Part shown: positions 38,546 through 51,785 of the stretch, one piece after another
Position numbering within the stretch: position 1 is the first letter of the stretch
How the letters are laid out: each line of letters starts with the position of its first letter
Assembly (NCBI RefSeq): GCF_006345805.1
Contig: NC_043006.1
Location: 36,890,001 to 36,954,000 of the forward strand
Source: Octopus sinensis
Lineage: Eukaryota
DNA: 64,000 nucleotides
Reading direction: 5' to 3'
Position numbers and translations under genes: made by a program
Notes under the pieces: generated by a model
Told to the model about the DNA's origin: nothing
Seen by the model: the letters and a program-made list of their open reading frames with translations, nothing else
The model's database searches: none

Positions 38546-38591
<46 letters not shown>

Positions 38592-39720
38592 TCTTCTTTT
38601 CTACTCTAGGCACAAGGCCCATAATTTTTGGGGAGGGGGCAGTCGATTTGATCGACCTCAGTACGCAACTGGTACTTAATTTATCGACCCCAAAAGGATG
38701 AAAGGCAAAGTCGACCTCGGTGGAATTTGAACTCAGAATGTAAAGATAGACATAATACTGCTAAGCATTTTCACTGCTAAAAAATGCTAACATTTCTGCC
38801 AGCTCACTGCCTTATAACAATAATAATAATTCTTTCTACTATAGGCACAAGGCCTGAAATTTGGTGGGAGGGGGCCAGTTGATTAGATAAACTCCAGTAC
38901 TTTACTGAATTTATTGACCCTAAAAGGATGAAAGGCAAAGACGAAATTTGAACTCAAAATATAAAGACAGACAAAATACCGCTAAGCATTTCATCCAGTG
39001 TGCTAACGATTCTGCCAGCTTGCTGCCTCATAATAATAATAATAATTTATAATATAGGTACAGAGTCAAACATATGAGGAAAAGGAAACAAGTAATGATA
39101 TCAAGTACAGTTCTTGTACGTATTTGATTGTCCTTGGAAAGATGAAAGGCGAAGTTGACTTTGCTGAGATTTGAACTAAGAACATATAGGGATGTAACAA
39201 TACTTGAATGTCTAACAATTCTGGCAATTCACTGACTTATCTGACCCCAGGACATAGTGAACAAAAACAAATAATACAAGGCATTTTGTCCAGCACAGTA
39301 ATAGTTCAGACAATTAACCATTATGATGATGATGATGATGATGTCCTGAATAATCCTTTCTACTATAGGCACAAGGCCTGAAATTCTTTAAGAGGTGGAG
39401 TTAAAACGATTACTTTGACCGCAGTACTTGACCTCAGCAGAATTTGAACTCAGAACATAGAGATAGGTGAAATGCCACTTAACATTTTGTCTGGCATGCT
39501 AACAACTCTGCAAGTTCACTGTCTTAATTATCATAGCATTATTTCTAATTTAGGCACAAGGCCAGCAGTTTTGAGTTGTGTGTGTGTGTGTGTGTGTGGT
39601 GTGTGTGTGTGTGTGTGTGTGGAAAGGGGGGGGGTAGTTGATTCAATTGATCCCTATGCTTTATTTTATAGATCTTGGAAAAGTGAAAGGCTAAGTTGAC
39701 ATCAGCAGTATTTGGACTCG
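38330..39720 (-). mobile_element. Head-to-tail cluster of ~6 SINE family B copies with (AAT)n/(GAT)n spacers
   Basis: Same motif as at 57470-58520, more CpG-decayed. Confidence 0.85.
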
Positions 39721-40788
39721 GAGTGTAAAGAGCTGGGATTTCTTTTATCATATTGTAAAGTTTATTTGCCAATGTAATGTGGAAGTCCTGGTTAGGACGA
39801 ATGTTGCTGCTATTTAGCCCCAGGAAAATATCTTCTCCAGCTGGCTATCGATGCAGCGTTGATAGGACTGCCATGTTATGTTGGCAAATAAACTTTACAC
39901 TATTGTGCTGTTGATGCATGTTTCTTGTTCAGAAATTTAGAACTAATAGTTTTTCTATTTTCTCATATTCTTTTATTAATAATGATCTTAAACATCTGTT
40001 TCCCAGTGAAGAGGGGTTTGTATGAAGTCACATGTGTGCTTATAAAGTGAAAATATCTTTCTTTTTCTTGTGAAGATAGCCAGACTACAAGTTGTAAAAC
40101 ATTAAAATAATTCAGTTGAAAGAAATTTCAAGTTAATGACTACTATTTTGACCTACAAGAAATAGCAACCAAATCTTCATAAAACCACACCCTACAGCTT
40201 AAAAGAAAACTAACATTGGATAAATTGATATGGGGTTAAACAACAACTCAGGCCAGCATTACAAACCTCCATAGAGAGCCTTTATAACAGTTACTTAATT
40301 TGCTAGAAATAGCAAGCAAATCTACTTCAGATCATACTTTGTCTTAAAAAAAAAAGAGGAACACATTAGGTAAAAAGCATCCACTACCTGAAAGGATGTG
40401 ATTTCCGATCTCTACAGAGCTACATCAGGCTAGGTGGTTTATTCAATGCCTTCTGTCTCAGAGAACAAAATGTAGGAGTCTTTGTGACAACATGCTTTCA
40501 TCAATTTTGTGTTTTTAACTCAATGAAGCCTTGGGTCCTAGGTACCCAGTTTCCATGGTGAATAAGCAACTGAGATCATAACATATCCCCTGGATGGGAT
40601 GCCCAGTCAGTCACAATGTGAAATGAAGTGTCTTACTCAAAAACACAATGCACTGCCCAGTTCAGGAATTGAAACCATGATCTTGCAACCATGAATGCAA
40701 TACCCTAACCACCAGGCCACATACCTTCACCATTTCCAATACATACATTCTTTAACTGAGCTGGCAGTTGTTAATACACTAGATAAAA

Positions 40789-40912
40789 CAGGGCTGTGGA
40801 GTCAGTAAAACTATACTGACTCTGACTTGCAGTATCTTTATTCTTATCACTTAATTACATGAAGAGGAGTCGGAGGTGCCAATAGTAGAGGAGTTTTGAC
40901 TCCACAGCCCTG
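40789..40912. mobile_element. Second copy of the hAT-like MITE, inserted inside a SINE head
   Basis: CAGGGCTGTGGAGTC...GACTCCACAGCCCTG perfect 15-bp TIR, TSD AGATAAAA/AGACAAAA. Confidence 0.85.
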
Positions 40913-41753
40913 AGACAAAATGCTTAGTGTTATTTCATCCGTCTTTAAGGTTTGAATTCAAGAAATAAGGACCAGTTGAGCACTAGGGCCAGAGTACACG
41001 ATTTATTCCCTCCCACAAATTTTCCATTGTCTTTTAAAGAATTTTTAAAACTAAAATTTTGAGGGATTTAGTAAACCAAGTAACTTATTTTTTGCTTGGT
41101 TGGAGTTTGAACACTAGTAAAAGGCTTCATAACTTAGCATTAATTATCTCTTATATAAATATCGATAGAAGCTTCTAATTGAGGCCCTTCACTCCTAATT
41201 ACATGACCATCATCATTTTAACGTTCATTCTTCCATTCTGACATGGAGTGAAGGGGTGGTTTACAGTAATTGATATTTAGCTGGATTGTGCATAAGCGTG
41301 TCTTTGTGTACGTGTGTGTGTGTTAGCATGAATGTGCATAAATGTATTTTGTGTGTATGTGTATGTTGTTTAGCCCTGATCAAGAAAATGTTTGGTTAAA
41401 GGCTTTCCACCTATGACCATCCATTCTAATTTTCAGACGGTCTACTATAACTATATTATTCAAATTGCTCTTCTTTTATGATATATGATTTGAAGGGGAT
41501 TTACTTGTACTTCTAGCAAAATAAAGCAACCATGCAGAGTCCCCTCATTAATTCTGTGATGTGGTAGTTTGTGTGTAAATATACTCTCTTCCATAAAATT
41601 AGATTAACTCCTTGGTTAACACCCTTGGTTAGTTATATCATAGATACACGCATACGCACACAAAGGTACAAGCACTCACATACACACAAAAACATACAGA
41701 CAAGTGCACAGACATACATTTACAGGCACACACATGTCTTAAAAATTACTTAC

Positions 41754-42317
41754 TTTCGTGATGGTCTGCGCTCTGTCCTGTTATTCTCCACTGGGTCAAG
41801 GAGCCTACAAGGAAACAGAAAGGCCAGCAACCGAGAATCAGCCAGCTGTACCAACAGGGAGGGTCAGAATCCTCCACTTTGATACACTCCCACACATAGT
41901 TCACGATCAGGAATTTTTCTATAAAATAGTCCAGGCAAATCGCCATCAAGGCAGCACCAAAGACGCTTGTACCGAGAATGGTGCCTGCCTTTTGGAACTT
42001 GAGAGTCAGCAGCGCAAATAAAATACCAACACCAATGAGAACACCGATTGGTATCCATTTGTTGGCAATGTTATAGAACTGGTCCACTGTGACCAACACT
42101 CCGGTCGAGAGACCGACGCCAAAGTGGAATCCGGTCAGAAAAAGTCCAACATACTGGACCAACATGGTAATTAGTCCGCAGATTATGCCGGCACCCACTG
42201 CAATGCCAATGTTTGCTTCTTTCGGCAATACTGTCTCTTCTATACAAACTATATATACAACCACTGTGCCAAAGATGAAACCAGTTAAGAACATGACAGC
42301 CTTGAAGAATCGGTAAC
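41754..42317 (-). CDS. TMEM198: TMEM198 second coding exon, multi-TM DUF4203 core (GYRFFKAVMFLTG...WRITGQSADHHE)
   Basis: Acceptor ctttcag|GT at 42318/42317, donor GAA A|GTAAGT at 41754/41753; 564 nt, phase 1-1; Gly-rich hydrophobic helices, DYFIE and CWYSW motifs. Confidence 0.95.
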
Positions 42318-43812
42318 CTGAAAGTAAAAGACAAAAAATATTTGTGGGTTTAAAGTATACATGTAACATGGTTATACATACGTAAATTATCAGCATCAAT
42401 TAACATCCAGTTTTCCATGCCTGAATGGGTCGGACAGAATTTGTTGAGGTAGATAACCTATGGTTGGGTGCCCTTACTGTCACCAACTCTCACCTGTTTC
42501 CAAGCAAGTAAATGTTTTCTCATAGCGACATGTTTTCCATGGAAGACTGGAAATAGTTATCTTTGATTGCATGTGGGTGATGCTTCTTTTTACAACCATC
42601 AAGTGATGTCAAGACAAAGGCAGACACAATCTACCGACCTATCTATCTATCTATCTATCTATGACAAGCTTCTTTCTATTTCTCTCTGTCAAGTCCTCTC
42701 ACAAGGCTTTGACCAACCCAGAGGTTATAGCAGAAGGCACTTGGCCAAGGTGCTTCTTATTTATTTTTTACTGCTCACAAGGGGCTACACACAGAGGGGA
42801 CAAACAAGGACAGACAAACGGATTAAGTTGATTATATTGACCCCAGTGCGTAACTGGTACTTATTTAATCAACCCTGAAAGAACGAAAGGTAAAGTTGAC
42901 CTCGGCAGAATTTGAACTCAGAACTAAGCATTTTGACCAGCGTGCTAACGTTTCTGCCAGTTTGCCACCTTTCTAGGTGCCTCTTGGTGGGACTGAACCT
43001 GGGACCACATGCTTGGGTAGTACACACTCATGCCTGCACATATGGTGTGTGTGTGTGTGTGTGTGTGTGTGTGCATATGGAGAGAGAGACTTTGTTTATT
43101 ATAATCACTCACAAAAACACATGATGGCAACCAAAGACCAAACTAATCCTTAATATAAAAGAAATGGTTTTATCTCTCAAACATAAGTCTAATAGTGTGA
43201 AATATTATAATCCCAAGACTTCAGAGCTTAGAGACAAAAGACCAAACAAGGTGACGAAGGAAATAGGCAGGTGTACTTGTGTTTATTTCTATGAAGGTCT
43301 CAGTATGAAAGCTGTTAAGTTTCATATTGAATAAGAATAAAAAAGGGCTGATTACTTAAACACAGATTTGTTAGAACAAAGCTGAAAAAAAGCTATAAGA
43401 ACATTATATATAATGATTTGATGATATAATATGGTATGCTAAGAAGCAAGGAGAAGTGAGTTAGTAATGCGTTAAACTAGGTTAAATTTTGTACAGCATG
43501 GTAAAATTTAAGGTTAAGAAGGCCTAGAGCATTTTCAGGGTGTTCACCAATAACATCTATGTATTTCAAAACAATTACATGAGCCATTGAGGAAATGTTT
43601 ATGAGGTCAGTAAACTTGCTAGAAATAGCAGCTAAATTTCCCTCGAATTACACCCAGTTGTTTTTATTTTTTTAAATGGTTATATAAAATAACAATATTT
43701 TAGATAAATTACCATATTTGATGGTGTATAAAATGTCCTTTTTTTTAAAAAAAACAATGTCTCGAAAATTCACACTGGGTCTTTGTTGCAAAGTTGGGCC
43801 TATATTACATGT

Positions 43813-44040
43813 TTAACCCTTTAGCATTTAAACCAGTCAAATCTGGTCCAAATATTCTCTTTATCTTATGTTCAATCCAGCCAGATCCAGCCTCTCACAC
43901 CTACCCTACATTGTCATTCAAAAAATGAGCAATCACACCAGCAATATCTCAATGCTACAGAATAAAGTATGATTAATTTAAAGCAAAGTCAAAAATAAAG
44001 CATTACATTTGACAAAGTAATCTGAATGCTAAAGAGTTAA
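43813..44040. mobile_element. TTAA-flanked MITE (TTAACCCTTTAGCATT...AATGCTAAAGAGTTAA); copies at ~1170-1373, 20388-20596, 26178-26710 (SINE-interrupted), 26870-27064
   Basis: Inverted termini with TTAA ends and near-identical bodies in several places. Confidence 0.75.
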
Positions 44041-46471
44041 TATACTAAAAACCTTTTTTTGACACTGCATCTGAAATCAGGATGTGCCTTATACCTGTGC
44101 ATCTTTTATGCAGTCAAATACAGTATTTGCAACAAAAAAAAGTGCAAACTTATAAGCAAAAATATTACAGTCATGACCATTTCATTTAACAAGACTGATT
44201 GGGCTAAAAAACAATACAAGAATATCACATTATGCCAAGTAAAAAGCACTTATGCTGGTGTCATGTAAAAGGCACTTGTGCTGGTGCCATATATAAAGCA
44301 GCCATGCTGGTGCCAAATAAAAACCACCCAGTATACCCCATAAAATCGTTGGCATCTAGCTGTAGAAATCATACCAGACAACTGGAAACTGGTGCAGCTA
44401 TTTGGTTTACCAGCTCCTGCCAAACCATGCAACTCATGCCAACATGGAAAACGGGTGTTAAATGATGATGAGGAGGATAATGAATGACAAAAGAGGCTTC
44501 AAATCCATCTGTATGAAACTACGGTCAGAGGCATAACATAAGCCATCAGATCTGTTTTAGAAAACGGTGTGAGGGTTAAGAACAGTCAAACTGACAACAG
44601 AACTGTTAAATGTCAGAGGTACTGTACCCAAACATTGTGTCTAAAACCTAATATCATTCTTTAATCACATACACACAAAAAACAAAGAACTGATAAAACA
44701 AATTTCTCAAGAGAGTGGTATTCATTCACAATCATTACCATTATTATTTCTCCTCCCCACCACCACCACCACTTGAGAACTGTTGTTGGTTTGTTTACAT
44801 TACCATGACTTAACAGTTCAACAAAAGAAACTGATAGACTTAAAAAATAAGGACTGGGATCAATCAGTTCAAGTCCCAACATGACTACAGCACAACAACT
44901 GGAACATGCACAAGATAACAGATTAAAGTTAAGTGTTATTTCTTGGTTTATTTCCTTTAAGACTAAGCCAAGTGAAATCAGTTGTGGCTAAGCTCCTTTC
45001 GAATGTTGGGTCTGGCATGCTAACAATTCTGCCAGCTCGCCACCTTAATAATAATAATAATATACTCTACTAGAAGCACAAGGCCTCACATTTGGGGGAA
45101 GGGGACAGTTGATTACATCGATCCCAGTACCTAACTGGTACTTATTTTAATAATAATAACAACAACAACAACAACAACCCAGTTGCTGGGACCTATTTAT
45201 AACATTTGTGATGTCATGGGGGCAGCTGACAGCTGTATGTATGGTTTCTATTGTTATAAATTATGTCAGGCTTAAATTTAAAGCTGAGATTATGGATAGA
45301 CAAGGAAAGAAACGATGGGAGGACAACTACAGACAAAAAAATGCAAAACAAGATACAAGATCTGAAAAAGTAATCTTCAACTCGGATAAATAGAAAAATA
45401 AAAAGTAGAGGGTGGTAAGCATCATCTTAATGTAAAGGATAACTGCTCCAGCAATTTGCATAAAAATCTCCAGAAGAACACATCACCATTTGATGTCTTC
45501 TGAATGCTTGGATGGGTTACACCAATGGTTCTCAACCCTTTTTTTTTTTAGCTATGGACCCTTTAGATTCCTATTTTACTTGGATGGACCTTCGTAACCA
45601 TTCAATGTTTAAAAAAGACCCTATTGCAGTTTTATAATTAAATATTATTAGGAAATGTATAAAAAAAAATTGTTAAAATATTTTGTGCCTTGTAGAAATA
45701 AAACCACTTTATTGCAAATAAATTTTAACAAAAAAATCTTACATGGATTGCTAAGGGCCATATGGATCCTGGTTGAGAGCAACTGGGTAATACAAAACTT
45801 TTTGAAGTAATATTCTACAGACAGATGCCTTTCCCAACACCCATCTTTAATTATTTTTAAGTAAGGCACGGCTGTGTGGTTATGAAGTTTGCTTCCCAAC
45901 CACATGGTCCTGGGTTCAGTTTCACTGTATGGCACCTTGGGCAGGTGTTTTCTGTCATAGCCCCAAACTAACAAAAGCTTTCTCAGTGGATTTGGTAAGG
46001 AGAAACTGAAAGAATTCTCTTGTGTATGTCTCCTTGTTTCAACACTGCGTGATTGTTGTAAAATGGTTGTCACTGTTAATCAAAGCTGCATCATTCATTT
46101 GCAGTATTCTGCAAAAGCATGTCTGGCCAAGGGAAAATATTACCTTGCTTGGAAGCAATTTTCAGCCATAGAAAATCTGTCTCAATAAATTCTGTCTGAC
46201 CCATGTAAGCATGGACAAGTGGACATTAATGTGATAATGATGATGGTAGATTCAAGAGGAAATGAAATCAAATGTCATCCTAGGAGCAATTTGAACTCAG
46301 AACTTGAAGAAACTCAATTTAAAATGGTAGTCCACAAGATGCCCCTTCCTGTCACCAGTCCTCACTTGTTTCCAAGTAAAGTAATATTTCACACAGAACA
46401 CTAGGAATGAACAACCTTACTTGTATGACAGTGATACTTTTTTACAACTACCATGTGATATTAAGACAAAG

Positions 46472-46508
<37 letters not shown>

Positions 46509-47328
46509 TGATGGCTTCTTTCAGTTTCCATCAAGCAAATCTGCTCGCAAGGAATTGATCAACCCAGGGCTATGGCAGAAGACACAAGCCCAAAGTGCCA
46601 TGCAGTGGGACTGAACCCAGAAACATTTGGTTGGGAAGAAACCTTCTCAACTGTACAGCCTCATCTTTACTTAAAATTGAAGAATAAAATCTGCAGGCAG
46701 AGTCTTGACTTACAGACAATGCCTTTGTGTTTGGGTGAGTTTGTATTATTGCTCCAGATCTTCTGTAGAGAAAGTTCTATTGTGTCCTCTTTTTGTAGGG
46801 GCTGATGATGAAGAAGGATCAAGTGATCCAAGTGGAAGGAGCTGTCAGAAGAAGTAGTCCAAAGGAGATGTAGAAAGCAGTGATGAAGGATATCTGGATA
46901 AAAGGAGCTCAAGAAGATAACAAAGGATTGCAACAAATCTCAAAATCCAGTGGTGGAGGATATTTGTCATACCCATGGGTAAATGGACATATGGTGATGG
47001 TGATGAAGGAAGATGAATAAAACAGGGGTGGGGGTGCATGCACAAGGTATAAGAATGAGTCAGCTAGGGAAATGGAAAGAAGTGAGAATGGAAGCTTAAG
47101 AACAAAAACCCAAACCGAAGCAGAATGCGTGTGAGAGAGGGCATAGGGGGAAAGAGAGTAAGAGGTAGAAGGAGAGAGCAAGAGAGAGGGTGAGAGTGTA
47201 AGAGAAAGAGAGAGAGAAAGACAGCAAGAAAGAGACAGAGCAAAGGAAAGAGAGAGAGAACAAGAAAAACAAGAAGAAAAAGGATAGGCAAATAAAGGGA
47301 CAAGATAAGGGTCAACTAGTAAACTTAC

Positions 47329-47533
47329 CAAAGAATGTGTAGACAATTCCAAAGAGAAAACACATGGAACATATCACAGCTGGAATGACTGTGTAGTCGT
47401 AATCAATCTTGGCACAGCGTGCAGGCCTCCGACTTGGGCTCATGCTTATATTGTTTGGGAACACTGTGGTTCTAAACATTAATTGTGGAAGTGGGTGGTT
47501 TACGTGTGGTGGTGACAGCTCTGATGTCTCCAT
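47329..47533 (-). CDS. TMEM198: TMEM198 first coding exon (METSEL...CAKIDYDYTVIPAVICSMCFLFGIVYTFFG)
   Basis: ATG at 47533; hydrophobic TM1 of TMEM198 type; ends TTT G|GTAAGT (phase 1) and joins the next exon to give FFGYRFFKAVMFLTG, matching the recalled TMEM198 motif FGYRCFKAVLFLTG. Confidence 0.93.
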
Positions 47534-47723
47534 AACTTCAATGGTTAAAACACATCAGAACTTTTTGGACAGATTTCTGTTATGTCTCTCTCTCTTTCAC
47601 CCCTTTCTTTTCTTCTTGTGAGAAAAAGGGGTTCTTTTTTTTATTTTTCCTCCTTTTTAGTTTTACTCGATTACTGTTGCCATAATAAACCAATGAATGA
47701 ATTGGTTCGTCAGGGTTTCAAAT
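47534..47723 (-). other. TMEM198: 5'UTR portion of the first coding exon of TMEM198
   Basis: Strong acceptor (long pyrimidine tract, tttccag|ATT) at 47724/47723. Confidence 0.7.
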
Positions 47724-48218
47724 CTGGAAATATACAAGAAAAGAAGAAAAAACAGTTAAAAACAAAAATAAATTATGTAAAAAGAAAACATTAAGGTAGT
47801 GCTTAAGCATGACCACACTCAAGGCAGTGCTCCAGCATGGTCACAATCTAATGACTGAAACAAGTAAAAGATACACAACAAAAGATAATCCTTTTGTTGC
47901 CATATTTTTGTTGAAATACATTGCTTTTAATTGATTTTGGAAATTAATGCAGAATTTAGTAACTTTGTTCTTATTAAGCTGTCATTTGCAACAGAAATGA
48001 ACATGGAATTTTAATGGAAGATACTAGATCCCTTAAAAACGGAAAGCTTGTATCAGAGAACTATGGGTGGTTTCAAGTAGATCGATATGAAAAGGATTAA
48101 AGAGCAATATGTCTATCTGTCTGTCTATATGTATATGAATGTGTGTGAGTGTGTATATGTATGTATATATATGTAAGTATGTTTAAATAAAATATTTATG
48201 TATATATGATATATACAT

Positions 48219-49043
48219 ACAAGGTGCTATGGACAAACTGTTGTCATTTTATATTCTAAATTTTGCGCATTGTTATTGATTTTGGTGATTACACAGTATA
48301 GTAGGGTCAGTTGAGCACAGTCTGTGAGAAAAACAGCACCATGATGCAATTCACTCTGTCAGAAATTTGGAAACAACATGCTGTACAGCTTGCCATTCAC
48401 GCCGGAAGATTCAATATGAACATTTCAGAGTGTTTGAGTGTCAACCTGAGGACAGTGCAGTCTGAAGACATGTACCGAGAGTGATAAAAATCTAACATTC
48501 TGTCAACATCATGGTGTTTGGAGTGGTCACTAGTGATGGTGACGTAATACCTTCATTCATCTTCCCACACGGCCTCAGACTCAACATGGAGGCCTGCATC
48601 AAGTGCCTGGAGAAGGTAGTCCTGCTCTGGATCAAGAGGGTACCTGCTGGAAGACCCTATGTCTGGCACCATGCCACACAAGCAGGAGATCCCAGTCATG
48701 GCTGTCAGACAATTTCTGTGACCACATCACCCCTAACATCTGGCCACCTAACTCACCAGACTGCAACCCCTTTGATTATTATGTGTGGGGTGCAGTTGAG
48801 CAAGAGACCAACAAAACTCCTTGCAATACCAAAGATAAACTGATGGCAAGGATTATGGCAGTATTCATCAGTTTTGTCCAGAAGAGATGCAGCAGATTCC
48901 GAAGTCATCTGAAGTCCGTGGTTGAAGCCAATGGTGATTTTATTGAATAAATTTACTCTTTAGTATTTCAAGATGTTTTTATGTAATTTTGGTAAGTTTG
49001 TGCATAATTCAGATGATAGCTTATTCACTTCACTGCAACCTAT
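48219..49043 (+). mobile_element. Decayed Tc1/mariner-superfamily DNA transposon with frameshifted transposase fragments
   Basis: ORFs 48511-48843 (MVFGVVTSDGDVIPSFIFP) and 48603-48950 (WPPNSPDCNPFDYYVWG...VVEANGDFIE) carry the third catalytic Asp motif; degenerate TACAAGGTGC / GCAACCTATA ends. Confidence 0.85.
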
Positions 49044-51729
49044 ATGTGTGCATACACACACACAAAATAAATGTGGGGTAGATGCAGGCATGGCTGTGTG
49101 GTAAGAAGTTTGCTTCCCAACCACAAGGTTCCAGGTTCAGTCCCACTGCATGGCACTTTGGGGAAAGTGTCTTCTACTATAAACCCAGGCCAACCAATAC
49201 CTTGTGAGAGAATTAGTTGACAGAAACTGTGTAGAACCTCATCATAAGTGAGTGAGTGTGTGCAAAACTGCTGGCGTTGATTTGTTTACATCCCTGTAAT
49301 TTAGCAGTTCGATAAAAAAAGACTGATAGAACAACAGATTTTAAATATATAAATAACAGGGTTGATTTCTTTGACTAAACTCCATCAAGGCAGTGCCCCA
49401 GCATGGCCACAATCTAATGACTAAAATAAATAAAAAATTAAAAGACTGGTTCAAATGTAGAACAGAATCCTCATTATCTCTCATTAATGTTGTAATGAGA
49501 CTTTTTTAATTGAGGTTTTAATTCAAATATGAACACTTAGTGAGTTGGTAAAAAAAAAGCTTAAAAGAGAGCATTAGTACATTACATATATTTTACACCA
49601 TCAGAGATAAAAGACAAAATAGATTCTCTCTCTCTCTCTCATCAATTAATTATCCAGAGAACAAAGCCTGTATTTTATATTGATTCCTTATATAGGACAG
49701 AGGAATAAGAGTCAAAAGAAATTGAATAAACAGGCACTTCAAAAAAAAAAATGTCTTTATGGCTGTGTGGTTAACAAGTTTGTTTTGTAACCATGTGGGT
49801 TTGGGTTGTCTCACTGCACAACAACACCTTGGGCAAGTGACTTTTATTATAGTAATGGGTCAACCAAATGCCTTGTGGGTGAATTTAGCAGAAACTGTGC
49901 GGAAGCCCATTGTGTGTGTGTGTGCTTGATCCACATGCTAGTTTGTTTACGCTTCCATAGCTTAGTGGTTCAGCGAAAAAGGCACCAGTAGAATAAGTAC
50001 TGAGGATGAGGCGTAGGAGTGGCTGTGTGGTAAGTAGCTTGCTTACGAACCACATGGTTCCGGGTTCAGTCCCACTATGTGGCACCTTGGGCTAGTGTCT
50101 TCTATTGTAGCCTCGGACCAAAGCTTTGTGAGTGGATTTGGTAGACAGAAACTGAAAGAAGCTTGTCATAAGTGTGTATGTGTGTATGCCCCCCCCCCCC
50201 ACGTCGCTTGACAACCGATGCTATGTTTACGTCCCTGTAACTTAGCTGTTCGGCAAAAAAAAAAACCCCCGATAGAATAAGTACTAGGCTTACAAAGAAT
50301 AAGTCTTGGGGTCGATTTGCTTGACTAAAGCAGTGCTCCAGCATGGCCACAGTCAAATGACTGAAACAAGTAAAAGAGGCATGACCATAGTCTAATGACT
50401 GTAAAAAGTAAAAAAAATAAAAGCTCGGTGAATGCAGTTAGAATCAGTGCATCCCAACTTTATCTTACTCACAGACCTGAGCCTGAATTCTTGCTACATA
50501 TTGGACTCTACTAAAAAGGTACCCAAGGGCTGAGTGATTGTGATTATCTGGGTTACCACTGTTGTGGGGGATTCAAAACCTAGCCGCCTAGATACTCGGT
50601 CAGATGCCATCAGTGAACTACTGCAATTTCATGTGATCATACTATAAACTGACCAATCACCATGAAACTGTGGAGTGATATAGTTTCCTTGAATGTTCTA
50701 AAGTTTGACTTGTCTCCTATAAGAACCGTTTTTGACATTTTCCTAATTGCTGCAAGTTGAAGGCGGCTAACTGACTCACACACCTCCATTCTTGCCAGGC
50801 AGATGGCCAATGGACTGCTGACTGCCTCAGCGATTTGTGCAGATGACTTCATATATTTTTGGACTGACCATATGATGTCACACAGATAGCTTTCTATATT
50901 TCCAGTGCAGTTTTCCTCTCCTCTCATTCAGCAATTATTAATGTTGCCAACACCAAATATCTTTATATCCAGCACAAAATATTACAGTTTACTTCAACTA
51001 TTATTCACGCAGCCAAAGGAATGTCTTCGTTGACCAGCTGAACTCAAGCATCAGCAAAACGCCTCGTGACACCACCCTAAAACATGTTCATCCATCTCTG
51101 ATAGACTTCTAGAGTTTTGTGAATCTAATTTCTCTCAAGTTTGGGTTGAGCTGAGGCCTTGAGAGAAGACACTGGCCCAGTGGCGTGTTGCACATTAAGA
51201 TCTATCCAGGAATTGTGGTTGCAAAAGGAACGCCAATAACCACACATCCAGGCAAGCGCACATTTTAACTAGGAACTTACTTGTTACTCTATAGTGATAA
51301 AAAAGAAGAAGAAAAAGATGTTAGTGAATACAGAATGCCACACACAAAGGCTTGCGTTCCGAATATATTATTAAAAATCCATATCTTCCTTTACCAAATT
51401 TATTTTCCATTTTTTTCTCTAAATTAAATAAGTTATGTATACACACACATTCTTTCACATGCACACTCACAAATGTACGTATATTATTTGTATGCAAGTA
51501 TAACAGACATATGTATAAACTTGTATACACATGCATAATTAAAATACACTTTTAGTTTTTTCATTTTTTTTTTTCAAAATTAAATAAGCAATGTATACAT
51601 ACGCAGACATACACACAAATGTATGGACAGCGTGTGCATATACATAACAAAATATGTATATATTAACGTGTATACATAATAAACATACAAGCGATAAACA
51701 GCTAAACTATATAAATATACATGTATGCT

Positions 51730-51785
<56 letters not shown>

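Noticed and set aside
42318-42399. N-terminal extension MMLIIYV... of the 217-aa ORF
   Set aside because: Intronic; the true exon starts at the acceptor at 42317 and continues from the 47.3 kb exon
48511-48950. Active or domesticated transposase
   Set aside because: Split over frames, internally deleted, no intact N-terminal DNA-binding region
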